The position numbers were made by a program, and so were the translations under genes. The notes below the pieces were generated by a model. The model ran no database searches, had not been told where the DNA came from, and was given only the letters and a program-made list of their open reading frames with translations. Below, piece after piece: positions 37,069 to 47,142 of a stretch of DNA of 64,000 nt. The DNA lies in assembly GCA_025363555.1 (NCBI GenBank), contig JANYDQ010000157.1, positions 2,247-66,246 on the forward strand, written 5' to 3'. This DNA comes from Bacteroidota bacterium (GTDB lineage: Bacteria; Bacteroidota; Bacteroidia; 2-12-FULL-35-15). How positions within the stretch are numbered: the first letter of the stretch is position 1; each line of letters starts with the position of its first letter.

Positions 37069-38106
37069 ATGAAAAAAATAATCATCGTTACATTGGTGTT
37101 GCTGATTACAGCAACTACACAAACGACTTATGCACACAATCATCATCCTACAATGAAAATGACAGCATCTGATTCGCTGATGCAAAAGGAAATGGCAGAA
37201 CATCAGCAAATGGAAGCTGTTACTGATTTTCCGAATTATCATCCGTTGATAGTTCATTTCCCGATTGTGTTATTATTAATGTCAGTTGCATTTCAGTTGC
37301 TGTCATTCTTTTTTTTCAAAAGGGAATTCAGCATCGTTACACTTATTCTTTTGGCACTCGGTGTAATCACAGCGTGGCTTGCATCCAATACATTTCATGC
37401 AATGCCAGGTACATTAACTGGAAGTGCAAAAGAAATTTTTGCCATTCACGAACAAATGGCATCGCTTACTTGGTGGTTTTCTCTTATTGCTTTGTTGATA
37501 AAAATTCCTTCACATTTCTACTTCTTAAGAAAATGGTGGATAGAAGGTTTGGTAGCACTATTGCTGATTGCATCAGCAGTTACTGTTTCCATTGCAGGAC
37601 ATCACGGTGCAATGCTTGTTTATTTGCAGGGAATAGGACCACAAGGCAAATATTTAGGTGAGTATAAATTTACTGAAAAAGGTGCTGAAACCGCTACGCA
37701 ACCGATGAATATGGAAAAATCGGAAAATGAAAAAAAAGCAAACAAAGGAGGGGAACAGGAGGAAAACCATCATGTGGGTGAACTTGGCAAAGGACCGCAT
37801 GAAGGAACTATTGAAGAGGCAGACCCTTACCATATTGAAATTGTTGCTGATAACAACGACCTCATTTTTTATTTGTTAGATGGTGATGCAAAACCGATTG
37901 ATATGAAAAATGTAACTGGTAACGTGAAGATGCTATACGAAAATAAGAAAAGTAAAACCATTGAACTTATGGAAATGGACAGCAAACAAACAGCGATGCA
38001 AGCTCTCAACGGACAATTATTTACGGCAACTTGCACTTTGACTAAAAACGGAAAATCGTATTCTGCATCTTTTGATAGTAAAAAAGATTTGTTTGAAAAG
38101 AAATAA
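37069..38106 (+). CDS. Membrane protein with DUF2231-like N-terminal domain (HPLIVHFPIVLL) and soluble His-containing C-terminal domain
   Basis: Signal peptide, four TM helices with an HP..VHFPI motif, then a ~150-aa hydrophilic domain. Confidence 0.5.
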   Translation: MKKIIIVTLVLLITATTQTTYAHNHHPTMKMTASDSLMQKEMAEHQQMEAVTDFPNYHPLIVHFPIVLLLMSVAFQLLSFFFFKREFSIVTLILLALGVITAWLASNTFHAMPGTLTGSAKEIFAIHEQMASLTWWFSLIALLIKIPSHFYFLRKWWIEGLVALLLIASAVTVSIAGHHGAMLVYLQGIGPQGKYLGEYKFTEKGAETATQPMNMEKSENEKKANKGGEQEENHHVGELGKGPHEGTIEEADPYHIEIVADNNDLIFYLLDGDAKPIDMKNVTGNVKMLYENKKSKTIELMEMDSKQTAMQALNGQLFTATCTLTKNGKSYSASFDSKKDLFEKK

Positions 38107-38132
38107 TTCGCAAATAAATAAAACAATTCAAA

Positions 38133-40727
38133 ATGAAAAAACATATTTCAATAACACTCTTCCTTATCATTTATTCCGGAGCATCTGCACAGGATATGAA
38201 GATGAAAGAAATAAAGGAACAACAGCAGCCTGTAACCTACACCTGTCTAATGCATCCTGAAATACACGCTGCAAAACCAGGCAAATGCCCTAAATGCGGG
38301 ATGACTTTGGTAAAGGAAAAAACAAAGGCAGTAAAACAACCTGCCAAAGAAAACCCCAACGATGGTGTAATGAAAGCACCAGCAAAGGATTCTGTAAAAA
38401 AAACAGAAAATAAAATGGGCGAAATGAATATGGACGATATGGGAAATAGGCAAATGAAGGATATGGAAAAGCCAAAAGCTGAACCTATGAAAACAATAGT
38501 AAATAAAACGCCTCTGCATAGCGTTCGTTACGATTTATACATAAGGGATACCACGGTAAATTTTTCCGGCAAAACAAAAAGAGCTATTGCTGTGAACGGA
38601 CAAATACCTATGCCAACCCTTACTTTTACGGAAGGCGATACAGCAGAAATATATGTACACAATCAATTAAAGGAAGAAACAGCGATGCACTGGCACGGTA
38701 TATTTTTACCCAATCAATACGATGGTGTGCCTAACCTTACCCAAATGCCAATAAAACCGCATACCACGCATTTGTATAAATTTCCAATTATACAGCACGG
38801 CACGCATTGGTATCACAGTCATTCGGGCTTGCAGGAACAAATAGGTATGTATGGTTCCTTTATAATGAATAAAAGGGAAGAACTGGCTATACCTACAATT
38901 CCAATTATTTTAAGTGAATGGACGGATATGAATCCAAAAAATGTACACCGTATGCTGCATAATGCCACCGATTGGTTCGCTATTAAAAAAGGAACAACAC
39001 AAAGTTATGCCGAGGCAATAAAAAAAGGTTATTTGAAAACCAAATTAACCAACGAATGGAAACGAATGAATGCAATGGATGTAAGCGATGTGTTTTATGA
39101 TAAATTTTTAATCAATGGTAAAAATCAAAACGAACAACCACAATTTAAAGCTGGCGATAAGGTAAGGTTACGAATAGCAAACGGTGGTGCATCAGATTAT
39201 TTCTGGCTTACGTATGCCGGCAGCAAAATTACAGTAGTAGCAAGTGACGGCAATGATGTGGAGCCGGTGGATGTGGATAGATTACTGATTGCGGTTTCCG
39301 AAACGTATGATGTAATAGTTACCATTCCTGAAAATATGAGTTATGAATTTTTGGTTACGCCTGAAGACCGCACCAAATCAGCTTCGCTATGGCTGGGGAG
39401 CGGAATGAAAATGCGGGCAACTCCCTTACCCAAATTAAAATATTTTGAAGGTATGAAAATGATGAACAGTATGATGAAGATGAACGGAGATTTGGATGAT
39501 ATGGGAATGCAAATGAGCCTGAACAAAATGGATATGAACTCCGTGATGTACCCTGAAATAACAGGTGAGGAACAACCCGGAAAGAAAAGTAAGGATGGCA
39601 ATATGAATATGGGTGATATGAAAATGCAGGATATGAAAATGAATGTGAGGGATACCAATCATTATGCTAAAGAAGGCGATCAGCACGAACTTGTTACTTT
39701 GAATTACGGAATGCTGAAATCGCCTGCTAAAACAAACCTGCCGAAAGACGCGCCTGTAAAGGAAATAAGTTTTGAACTTACCGGGAATATGAACCGATAT
39801 GTGTGGAGCATGGATAATAAAGTAATTTCAGAAGCAGATAAAATTTTAATTAAGAAAGGGGAAAATGTACGTATCATCCTTCATAATAACTCTATGATGC
39901 GCCACCCAATGCATCTGCACGGGCACGATTTCCGTTTGTTAAACGGGGAAGGAGATTATGCACCATTGAAAAACATTGTGGATATTATGCCTATGGAAAC
40001 AGACACCCTGGAATTTAATGCCAATGTATATGGCGATTGGTTTTTTCATTGCCACATTCTTTACCATATGATGAGCGGAATGGGCAGGGTATTTACTTAT
40101 GAAAACCAACCTGCCAATCCTGAAATACCCAACCCGAAATTAGCACAACGAAAACTATTTGCAGATGATAGAAAATTTCATTTTATGACAAAGGTTGGTA
40201 TTGAAACTAATGGCAGCGATGGTGAAGCTATGTTTGCTCAAACCCGCTGGAAAGTTAGCACGCTATGGCATTTGGGATATCACGATGAACACGGATACGA
40301 AAGTGAAACAATGATAGGGAGGTACTTTGGAAAAATGCAATGGCTGTATCCTTATGTTGGTTTTGATTATCATTATAAACGAGTAACCGGCCCACACGAA
40401 GTTCAGAACATTTTCCGGGGCGAGCAGACCAACTGGTTAGGTCAAACGAGCAATAAAAATAACCGTCATACGGCAGTGGTGGGCGTGGTCTATATACTGC
40501 CTATGCTGTTTGTAATAGATGGCAGGATGGACGGGGACGGAAAGTTCAGGTTACAATTAAGCCGCGAAGATATACCTGTTACCAAACGCCTGCGTTTCGG
40601 GGTTATGATAAATACAGACAAAGAATATATGGCTGGTTTCAGGTACATTGCTACACAATACCTGAGTTTAGGAACCCACTATGACAGTGATATGGGATGG
40701 GGCGGTGGTGTAACTTTTACTTACTAA
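38133..40727 (+). CDS. Multicopper oxidase (CopA-like) with N-terminal CxxC metal-binding domain, Met-rich inserts and C-terminal beta-barrel-like (PcoB/CopB-like) extension
   Basis: 'TYTCLMHPEIHAAKPGKCPKCGMTL' module. MCO motifs HWHG, WYHSH, HPMHLHGH and HCHILYHMMSGM. Met-rich tracts 'MKMMNSMMKMNGDLDDMGMQM...NMNMGDMKMQDMKMN'. About 210 extra C-terminal residues end in '...GGGVTFTY'. Confidence 0.85.
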   Translation: MKKHISITLFLIIYSGASAQDMKMKEIKEQQQPVTYTCLMHPEIHAAKPGKCPKCGMTLVKEKTKAVKQPAKENPNDGVMKAPAKDSVKKTENKMGEMNMDDMGNRQMKDMEKPKAEPMKTIVNKTPLHSVRYDLYIRDTTVNFSGKTKRAIAVNGQIPMPTLTFTEGDTAEIYVHNQLKEETAMHWHGIFLPNQYDGVPNLTQMPIKPHTTHLYKFPIIQHGTHWYHSHSGLQEQIGMYGSFIMNKREELAIPTIPIILSEWTDMNPKNVHRMLHNATDWFAIKKGTTQSYAEAIKKGYLKTKLTNEWKRMNAMDVSDVFYDKFLINGKNQNEQPQFKAGDKVRLRIANGGASDYFWLTYAGSKITVVASDGNDVEPVDVDRLLIAVSETYDVIVTIPENMSYEFLVTPEDRTKSASLWLGSGMKMRATPLPKLKYFEGMKMMNSMMKMNGDLDDMGMQMSLNKMDMNSVMYPEITGEEQPGKKSKDGNMNMGDMKMQDMKMNVRDTNHYAKEGDQHELVTLNYGMLKSPAKTNLPKDAPVKEISFELTGNMNRYVWSMDNKVISEADKILIKKGENVRIILHNNSMMRHPMHLHGHDFRLLNGEGDYAPLKNIVDIMPMETDTLEFNANVYGDWFFHCHILYHMMSGMGRVFTYENQPANPEIPNPKLAQRKLFADDRKFHFMTKVGIETNGSDGEAMFAQTRWKVSTLWHLGYHDEHGYESETMIGRYFGKMQWLYPYVGFDYHYKRVTGPHEVQNIFRGEQTNWLGQTSNKNNRHTAVVGVVYILPMLFVIDGRMDGDGKFRLQLSREDIPVTKRLRFGVMINTDKEYMAGFRYIATQYLSLGTHYDSDMGWGGGVTFTY

Positions 40728-41120
40728 GTTTGAAATTTAAATTAATATTAGGTGAAAATTTAGAATACTGGCGCTTGGATATGAATTTAGTTGGCGTTAC
40801 ATTTTGATAAAACGTTTATCTGTTTGGGCAAGTTACAATTCTCGCTTTGGTGGCTGGTTCACTTTTTCTTATTAGGATTGACACTGTTTGTAATATCATT
40901 TAAAAGTAAAATAAGATTGATTTACATCGTTTAGCCGAACAAACTCCTTTCTCCGTAAATAGTTTGGTCGAAAGTTTTTTGCTTTTTTGCCTAACCATCC
41001 CCATGCCTCAAAACCAATTTGTCCTTTATTAGCTTTCAAAAAACATTTATTAACAATTGAAGTTTACCGCCATTGCCTTGTAAAAATTCCTACTTTTGTG
41101 AGGGAAATTTTAAAAAATAA

Positions 41121-42674
41121 ATGAGCGATTTAAAAAAGATTAAAAATGCACTGATATCAGTGTATTACAAGGATAATTTGGAAGTGGTGGTACGTCAGTT
41201 GAATTTGCTGGGGGTGAAAATATACAGTACCGGGGGAACGCAGGAATTTATTGAAAAGCTGGGTGTTGCCGTAATTCCTGTGGAATCCTTAACTTCTTAT
41301 CCTTCTATTTTGGGAGGAAGAGTAAAAACTCTGCACCCTAAAGTTTTTGGTGGAATATTGAGCAGACGGGAATTACAGATCGATATTGACCAGATGGAAG
41401 AATACGAAATTCCTGAAATAGATTTAGTAATAGTGGACTTATATCCTTTTGAAGAAACTGTTAAATCAGGGGCATCCGAACAATCTATTATTGAGAAAAT
41501 TGATATTGGGGGAATTTCGTTGATTCGTGCCGCAGCCAAAAATTTCAATGATGTAGTAATTATTCCCTCTAAAAACGAATACAAATTTCTGCACGATACC
41601 ATTTTAGTGGATCAAAAAGGTTCATCGACCGCTGAAGACAGGAAAAAGTTGGCGGGAAAAGCATTTAATGTTTCTTCGCATTACGATACTGCCATTTTTA
41701 ATTACTTTAACGGTAACGATTCTGTTGCTTTCAAACACAGTATTCAAAATGCAAGTGTATTGCGTTATGGAGAAAATCCTCATCAAAAGGGGGTTTTTTA
41801 TGGTAACCTGGAAGAAATGTTTACCAAGATAAGCGGAAAGGAATTGTCGTATAATAACCTGCTGGATGTGGATGCAGCAGTAAGCCTGATAGCTGAATTC
41901 TCTCCTGCTCTGGGGGGTAAGACCGGAGAGGGGTTCACCTTTGCCATTCTTAAACATAACAACGCATGTGGAATTGCAACTCGACCCACACTGGTGGATG
42001 CATGGAAAGGCGCATTGGCAGGAGACCCCACCAGTGCATTCGGGGGAGTATTAATTGTCAATACCACGGTGGACGAAGCAACTGCAACAGAAATAAATAA
42101 ATTATTTTTCGAAGTTATTATTGCTCCTGCCTATCAAGAAAAGGCTTTGAAAATATTGAAAACAAAACCAAACAGAATTATTCTAATTCAAAAGAAAGTT
42201 AAACTTACGCCTAAATCTTTCCGAACTTTATTGAATGGTGTAATTGAGCAGGAGAAAGATTCGAAAACGGAAACAGATGCCGATATGCAAACGGTTACCA
42301 AAACTTCTCCAACTGCTGATGAGAAGCGAGATTTGGAGTTTGCAAACAAAATTGTGAAACACACCAAATCAAATACCATTGTACTTGCAAAAAACAACCA
42401 GTTACTTGCAAGCGGTGTAGGGCAAACATCAAGGGTAGATGCACTGGAACAAGCAGTTGCGAAGGCAAAGAAATTCGGATTCGACCTGCAAGGCTCAGTA
42501 ATGGCTTCTGATGCATTTTTTCCATTCCCGGATTGTGTAGAAATAGCCCATAATGCAGGGATTACGGCTGTAATTCAACCGGGAGGTTCCATTAAAGATA
42601 AAGATTCTGTTGCCTATTGTGATGCAAACGGAATATCAATGGTAATGACCGGAACCAGGCATTTTAAACATTAA
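41121..42674 (+). CDS. purH: Bifunctional AICAR transformylase / IMP cyclohydrolase
   Basis: N-terminal MGS-like domain 'ALISVYYKDNL...GVKIYSTGGT' and the AICARFT domain. Confidence 0.95.
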   Translation: MSDLKKIKNALISVYYKDNLEVVVRQLNLLGVKIYSTGGTQEFIEKLGVAVIPVESLTSYPSILGGRVKTLHPKVFGGILSRRELQIDIDQMEEYEIPEIDLVIVDLYPFEETVKSGASEQSIIEKIDIGGISLIRAAAKNFNDVVIIPSKNEYKFLHDTILVDQKGSSTAEDRKKLAGKAFNVSSHYDTAIFNYFNGNDSVAFKHSIQNASVLRYGENPHQKGVFYGNLEEMFTKISGKELSYNNLLDVDAAVSLIAEFSPALGGKTGEGFTFAILKHNNACGIATRPTLVDAWKGALAGDPTSAFGGVLIVNTTVDEATATEINKLFFEVIIAPAYQEKALKILKTKPNRIILIQKKVKLTPKSFRTLLNGVIEQEKDSKTETDADMQTVTKTSPTADEKRDLEFANKIVKHTKSNTIVLAKNNQLLASGVGQTSRVDALEQAVAKAKKFGFDLQGSVMASDAFFPFPDCVEIAHNAGITAVIQPGGSIKDKDSVAYCDANGISMVMTGTRHFKH

Positions 42675-42734
42675 TGATAAGTTAATAGAAAGAACGAATT
42701 TACGAATAACAAATTAGATATTAGAACTTAAAGT

Positions 42735-43757
42735 ATGGGATTATTTAGTTTTTTAACACAGGAAATTGCGATTGACTTAGGAACAGCCAATACGCTGATT
42801 ATATATAATGACAAAGTAGTGGTGGATGAACCTTCTATTGTGGCAGTGGATAGAACCACCGGCAAGATTATAGCTGTAGGCAAACAAGCACAGCAAATGC
42901 ATGGAAAAACGCACGAAAACATAAAAACCATTCGTCCGCTGAAAGATGGTGTAATTGCCGATTTTAGCGCTGCCGAACACATGATACGCGGAATGATAAA
43001 AATGATAAACCCCGGAAGACGTTTGTTTACGCCTTCTTTAAAGGTTGTTATTTGTATCCCATCCGGAATAACGGAAGTGGAGAAACGTGCGGTAAGAGAT
43101 AGTGCTGAACGTGCAGGTGGCAAAGAAGTATATTTGATTCATGAACCAATGGCTGCTGCAATTGGCATCGGCATCGATGTGGAAGAACCGATGGGCAATA
43201 TGATTATTGACATTGGAGGTGGAACCAGCGAAATTGCAGTAATTGCACTTGGCGGTATCGTATGTGATAAATCAATCCGTATTGCGGGAGATGAATTTAC
43301 TTCAAACATTGAAGAATACATGCGCAGACAGCATAACATCCTGATTGGTGAGCGTTCGGCTGAACGTGTAAAGATTGAAGTAGGTGCTGCAATGACAGAA
43401 ATAGACAATCCCCCGCCTGATTATGCGGTGCATGGAAGGGATTTGATGACCGGGATTCCAAAAGAAATTTATGTGTCGTACACCGAAATTGCTCATGCGC
43501 TGGATAAATCCATATCAAAAGTGGAAGAAGCTATTTTAAATGCGCTGGAAATGACTCCTCCCGAACTTTCCGCAGATATTTTCCGTACAGGCATTTATCT
43601 AGCCGGAGGAGGTTCAATGCTTCGAGGATTAGATAAACGCATTTCTTTAAAAACAAAATTACCTGTACACATTGCTGAAGACCCGCTTCGTGCTGTTGCT
43701 CGCGGAACCGGTATTGCCCTTAAAAATGTTGGAAAATTCCCTTTCCTGATGAGATAA
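42735..43757 (+). CDS. mreB: Rod shape-determining protein MreB
   Basis: 'IAIDLGTANTLIY' actin-fold N-terminus. 340 aa. Confidence 0.95.
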   Translation: MGLFSFLTQEIAIDLGTANTLIIYNDKVVVDEPSIVAVDRTTGKIIAVGKQAQQMHGKTHENIKTIRPLKDGVIADFSAAEHMIRGMIKMINPGRRLFTPSLKVVICIPSGITEVEKRAVRDSAERAGGKEVYLIHEPMAAAIGIGIDVEEPMGNMIIDIGGGTSEIAVIALGGIVCDKSIRIAGDEFTSNIEEYMRRQHNILIGERSAERVKIEVGAAMTEIDNPPPDYAVHGRDLMTGIPKEIYVSYTEIAHALDKSISKVEEAILNALEMTPPELSADIFRTGIYLAGGGSMLRGLDKRISLKTKLPVHIAEDPLRAVARGTGIALKNVGKFPFLMR

Positions 43758-43903
43758 TCTAAATTAAGAAATTAGAGAAATGGAGAAATAGAGCTTGATT
43801 ACGATGAGGGATAGGTGGGATTATTTTTTTCAGCAACCAGTTTACACATGAATAACTCAACGATTCTTAGGCTCTCCAACTCACCAACTCACTAATTGTA
43901 AAA

Positions 43904-44749
43904 ATGCGCAGCCTTTTTTTATTTATTTTGAGAAATTATTTTTTATTTCTCTTTCTATTATTGGAAGCTTTTTGCATTTATTTAGTTGTTCAAAACAACT
44001 ATTATCAACGTGCAAATTTTATTAATTCCTCCAATGGCATTTCTGCTAATATTTTAGCAGCAAGCCATGATGTTAATCAATACTTTTTATTGAAAGATGC
44101 TAACGAAAAACTGTTAAAAGAGAATGCCGAATTGCGGGGAAAAACACTTGCTTCGTTTTCTGTTTTAGTGAATGATGAATACACGGTAAAGGATACTACT
44201 TATCACCAAAAATATACTTTTACAAGTGCTAAGGTGGTAAAAAACTCAACAAATCTGCGCAATAATTATCTTACGCTTGACAAAGGTTCAAAACAGGGAA
44301 TTAAAAACAATATGTCGGTTATCACAAGTTCCGGAGTAGTAGGACAGGTGAAAGATGTCTCTGCCAACTTCTGTACGGTAATGTCGTTGCTTAACAGTAA
44401 AACCACAATCAGTTCGAAGATAAAAAAAGATGGCTCTTACGGACCTTTGATGTGGGATGTGAGTGATGATTACAGTATTGCAACACTTCATGATATTCCC
44501 ACTCATGTGAGGCTCATTACCGGAGATACAATTGTAACGTCTGCATATTCAACCACTTTTCCCGAAAATATAATGATTGGAACAGTAGAAAGTTTTGTTC
44601 AAAAAACAGGCGAATTTTTTTATACAGTAAAAGTAAAATTATCAACGGATTTCAAAAAACTTTCTCATGTTTATATCGTTAATAATATTCTGAAAGAGGA
44701 ACAGGAAGAGTTGGAAAAAAAATCAGAATCGGATACTAAAAATAAATAA
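43904..44749 (+). CDS. mreC: Rod shape-determining protein MreC
   Basis: N-terminal TM segment and coiled coil, then beta domain. Position between mreB and mreD. Confidence 0.85.
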   Translation: MRSLFLFILRNYFLFLFLLLEAFCIYLVVQNNYYQRANFINSSNGISANILAASHDVNQYFLLKDANEKLLKENAELRGKTLASFSVLVNDEYTVKDTTYHQKYTFTSAKVVKNSTNLRNNYLTLDKGSKQGIKNNMSVITSSGVVGQVKDVSANFCTVMSLLNSKTTISSKIKKDGSYGPLMWDVSDDYSIATLHDIPTHVRLITGDTIVTSAYSTTFPENIMIGTVESFVQKTGEFFYTVKVKLSTDFKKLSHVYIVNNILKEEQEELEKKSESDTKNK

Positions 44750-44755
44750 TAAATA

Positions 44756-45274
44756 GTGCTAACTACCCTTATAAAAAATTTTATTCGTTTTATTGTACTT
44801 GTTTTGGTGCAGGTGCTGATAATTAAAAACATTGAATTAGGAAGGTTTATCAATCCTTTTTTATATGTACTTTTTATTATTGTATTGCCTTTTGAAACTC
44901 CAAAATGGGTATTAATTTTAAGCGGATTTATTTTGGGTATTACAGTAGATATGTTTTATGATACCATGGGAATGCATGCAGCAGCAGCAGTATTTATGGC
45001 TTACATCAGACCAAGTATATTGAATTTGTTTTCGCCAAGGGAAGGATACGAATTCGGAACTCAGCCAACCATACAGTATTTAGGAGTACCCTGGTTTATT
45101 TCTTATTCAGGAATATTAATTGTATTGCACCATTTTGTTTTGTTTTACCTGGAAGTATTTCGTTTTTCCGAATTCTTTTATACTCTGTTAAGAGTTCTTC
45201 TTAGTTCTGTTTTTACACTCCTTTTAGTAGTGATAACCCAGTATCTTTTTCACAATAAAAAAGAGACAGAATGA
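44756..45274 (+). CDS. mreD: Rod shape-determining protein MreD
   Basis: 172-aa polytopic membrane protein immediately after mreC. Its stop overlaps the mrdA start (ATGA). Confidence 0.75.
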   Translation: MLTTLIKNFIRFIVLVLVQVLIIKNIELGRFINPFLYVLFIIVLPFETPKWVLILSGFILGITVDMFYDTMGMHAAAAVFMAYIRPSILNLFSPREGYEFGTQPTIQYLGVPWFISYSGILIVLHHFVLFYLEVFRFSEFFYTLLRVLLSSVFTLLLVVITQYLFHNKKETE

Positions 45275-47133
45275 ATCCATTATCCGAAAGAAGATTTATT
45301 ATTATAGGCGTATTTGTTCTGGTCGGATTAGTATTCATTGCTCGCTTATTTTATATCCAGGTAATTGATGATACCTATAAACTTGATGCCCGTAACCAGG
45401 CTTTTCGCTATACAACAGAGTTTCCCGTTCGCGGATATATATTTGACCGGAAACATAAATTGCTTGTTTATAATGAAGCCGCTTATGATTTAATGGTTAC
45501 TCCCAAAGAAGTAAAAGAGCTGGACACAACTGATTTTTGTAAATTACTTGACATTACTAAAGATGAATTTTTAAAGAAAATGAAAAAAGCAGTTCAGGCG
45601 CCCAATTCTCCAAGAAAGCCTTCTGTGTTTGAAAAACAATTATCACCCCAGGATTATGCTGCGTTGCAGGAACGTTTATATAGATTTCATGGTTTTTTTG
45701 TTCAATCAAGAACGTTGAGAAAATATCCAATGAAGATTGCCGCTAATATGTTAGGGTATATTGGCGAAGCGGATAAGGACATGACCGAAAGAGACCCTTA
45801 TTATAATGAAGGTGATTATCTCGGAGTTAGCGGTGTGGAAAAAACATACGAAAAAGTGTTGCGAGGAAAAAAAGGGATGCATATATTAATGGTGGACGTT
45901 AATAATAGTCCCAAAGGAAGTTATATGAATGGATTGTACGATACTGCTGCCAAACCTGGTTTATCGTTAGAATCCACTCTTGATGCGGATTTGCAACTAT
46001 ATGGTGAACAACTGATGCAAAACAAGGTTGGGAGTATAGTTGCCATTGAACCTCAAACAGGTGAGATACTCGCATTGGTAACAAGCCCTTCTTATGACCC
46101 TAATTTATTAGTTGGGAGAGCGCGAAATAAAAATTTCTCTAAACTTTATTTAGATACCATCCGTGTTCCTTTATTTAATCGTGCTACGATGGCATCCTAT
46201 CCTCCCGGTTCTACTTTCAAATTAGTGGAATCATTAATCGGACAGCAGGAAGGTGTGTTAACTCCTGAAACCAGGTACCCATGTTCTGCAGGTTATGCCC
46301 CACTTGGAGGACATCCTAAATGTGAAGTTCATCCTTCTCCGTTAGCTTTGTACGATGCAATTGGTTATTCCTGCAACTCCTATTTTTCCTATGTGTTTAA
46401 AAGCATTATTGAAAACAAAAAATATCACGATACCTATGTAGCGTTTGAAGCATGGAGAAACATTGCGTTGAGTTTTAATATCGGGAGAAAAACTAACTCC
46501 GATTTAGCCAATGAATTAAGAGGAAATATTCCTTCCATAAAATATTACGACAGGATATTTGGCAAAGGTGTATGGAAAGCATCTACTGTGATTTCCTTAG
46601 GAATAGGACAAGCGGAAATGGGTATTACGCCTTTGCAAAATGCCAACGTGGCTACTATTATTTCTAACAAGGGCTGGTATTATACTCCCCATATAGTAAA
46701 AGCAATAAATGATAATCCTAATGATACCATTTTGAATCGTTTTAAAGTAAAGCATTATACTGCGATTAATGACACGTTAATTTATAATAATGTGATTGAA
46801 GGAATGAGTCATGTAACAGAAAGCGGAACGGCACACTTGCTGAAAATTGAAGGGGTAGAATATTGCGCTAAAACAGGAACTGCTCAAAACCCGCATGGGC
46901 ATGACCATTCTGTATTTGTTGCCTTCGCACCCAAAAACAATCCGAAAATTGCCATTGCTGTATTGGTTGAAAATGCAGGGTGGGGTGCTTCCTGGGCAGG
47001 ACCCATTGCCACCTTAATGATGGAAAAATATTTGAATGGAAAAGTAGTGCGAAAAGAATTGGAGAAAACGATGATGGACGCTAACTTAATTGATAATAAT
47101 AAAACAACAGAGGTTAAAAAGAAGAAAAAGTAA
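45271..47133 (+). CDS. mrdA: Penicillin-binding protein 2 (peptidoglycan D,D-transpeptidase)
   Basis: PBP dimerisation plus transpeptidase domains with STFK, SCN and KTGT motifs. Confidence 0.9.
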   Translation: MNPLSERRFIIIGVFVLVGLVFIARLFYIQVIDDTYKLDARNQAFRYTTEFPVRGYIFDRKHKLLVYNEAAYDLMVTPKEVKELDTTDFCKLLDITKDEFLKKMKKAVQAPNSPRKPSVFEKQLSPQDYAALQERLYRFHGFFVQSRTLRKYPMKIAANMLGYIGEADKDMTERDPYYNEGDYLGVSGVEKTYEKVLRGKKGMHILMVDVNNSPKGSYMNGLYDTAAKPGLSLESTLDADLQLYGEQLMQNKVGSIVAIEPQTGEILALVTSPSYDPNLLVGRARNKNFSKLYLDTIRVPLFNRATMASYPPGSTFKLVESLIGQQEGVLTPETRYPCSAGYAPLGGHPKCEVHPSPLALYDAIGYSCNSYFSYVFKSIIENKKYHDTYVAFEAWRNIALSFNIGRKTNSDLANELRGNIPSIKYYDRIFGKGVWKASTVISLGIGQAEMGITPLQNANVATIISNKGWYYTPHIVKAINDNPNDTILNRFKVKHYTAINDTLIYNNVIEGMSHVTESGTAHLLKIEGVEYCAKTGTAQNPHGHDHSVFVAFAPKNNPKIAIAVLVENAGWGASWAGPIATLMMEKYLNGKVVRKELEKTMMDANLIDNNKTTEVKKKKK

Positions 47134-47142
47134 AACATACCA

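Noticed and set aside
39341-39686. Minus-strand ORFs in the MCO Met/His-rich region
   Set aside because: Artefacts of the repetitive ATG/CAT-rich sense sequence.
40728-41120. Possible small gene or island att site in the 393-bp MCO-purH spacer
   Set aside because: No ORF with coding character and no repeat matching the left boundary near 1650-1741. Only a candidate -7 box TACTTTTG at 41084-41091 for purH. Left unannotated.
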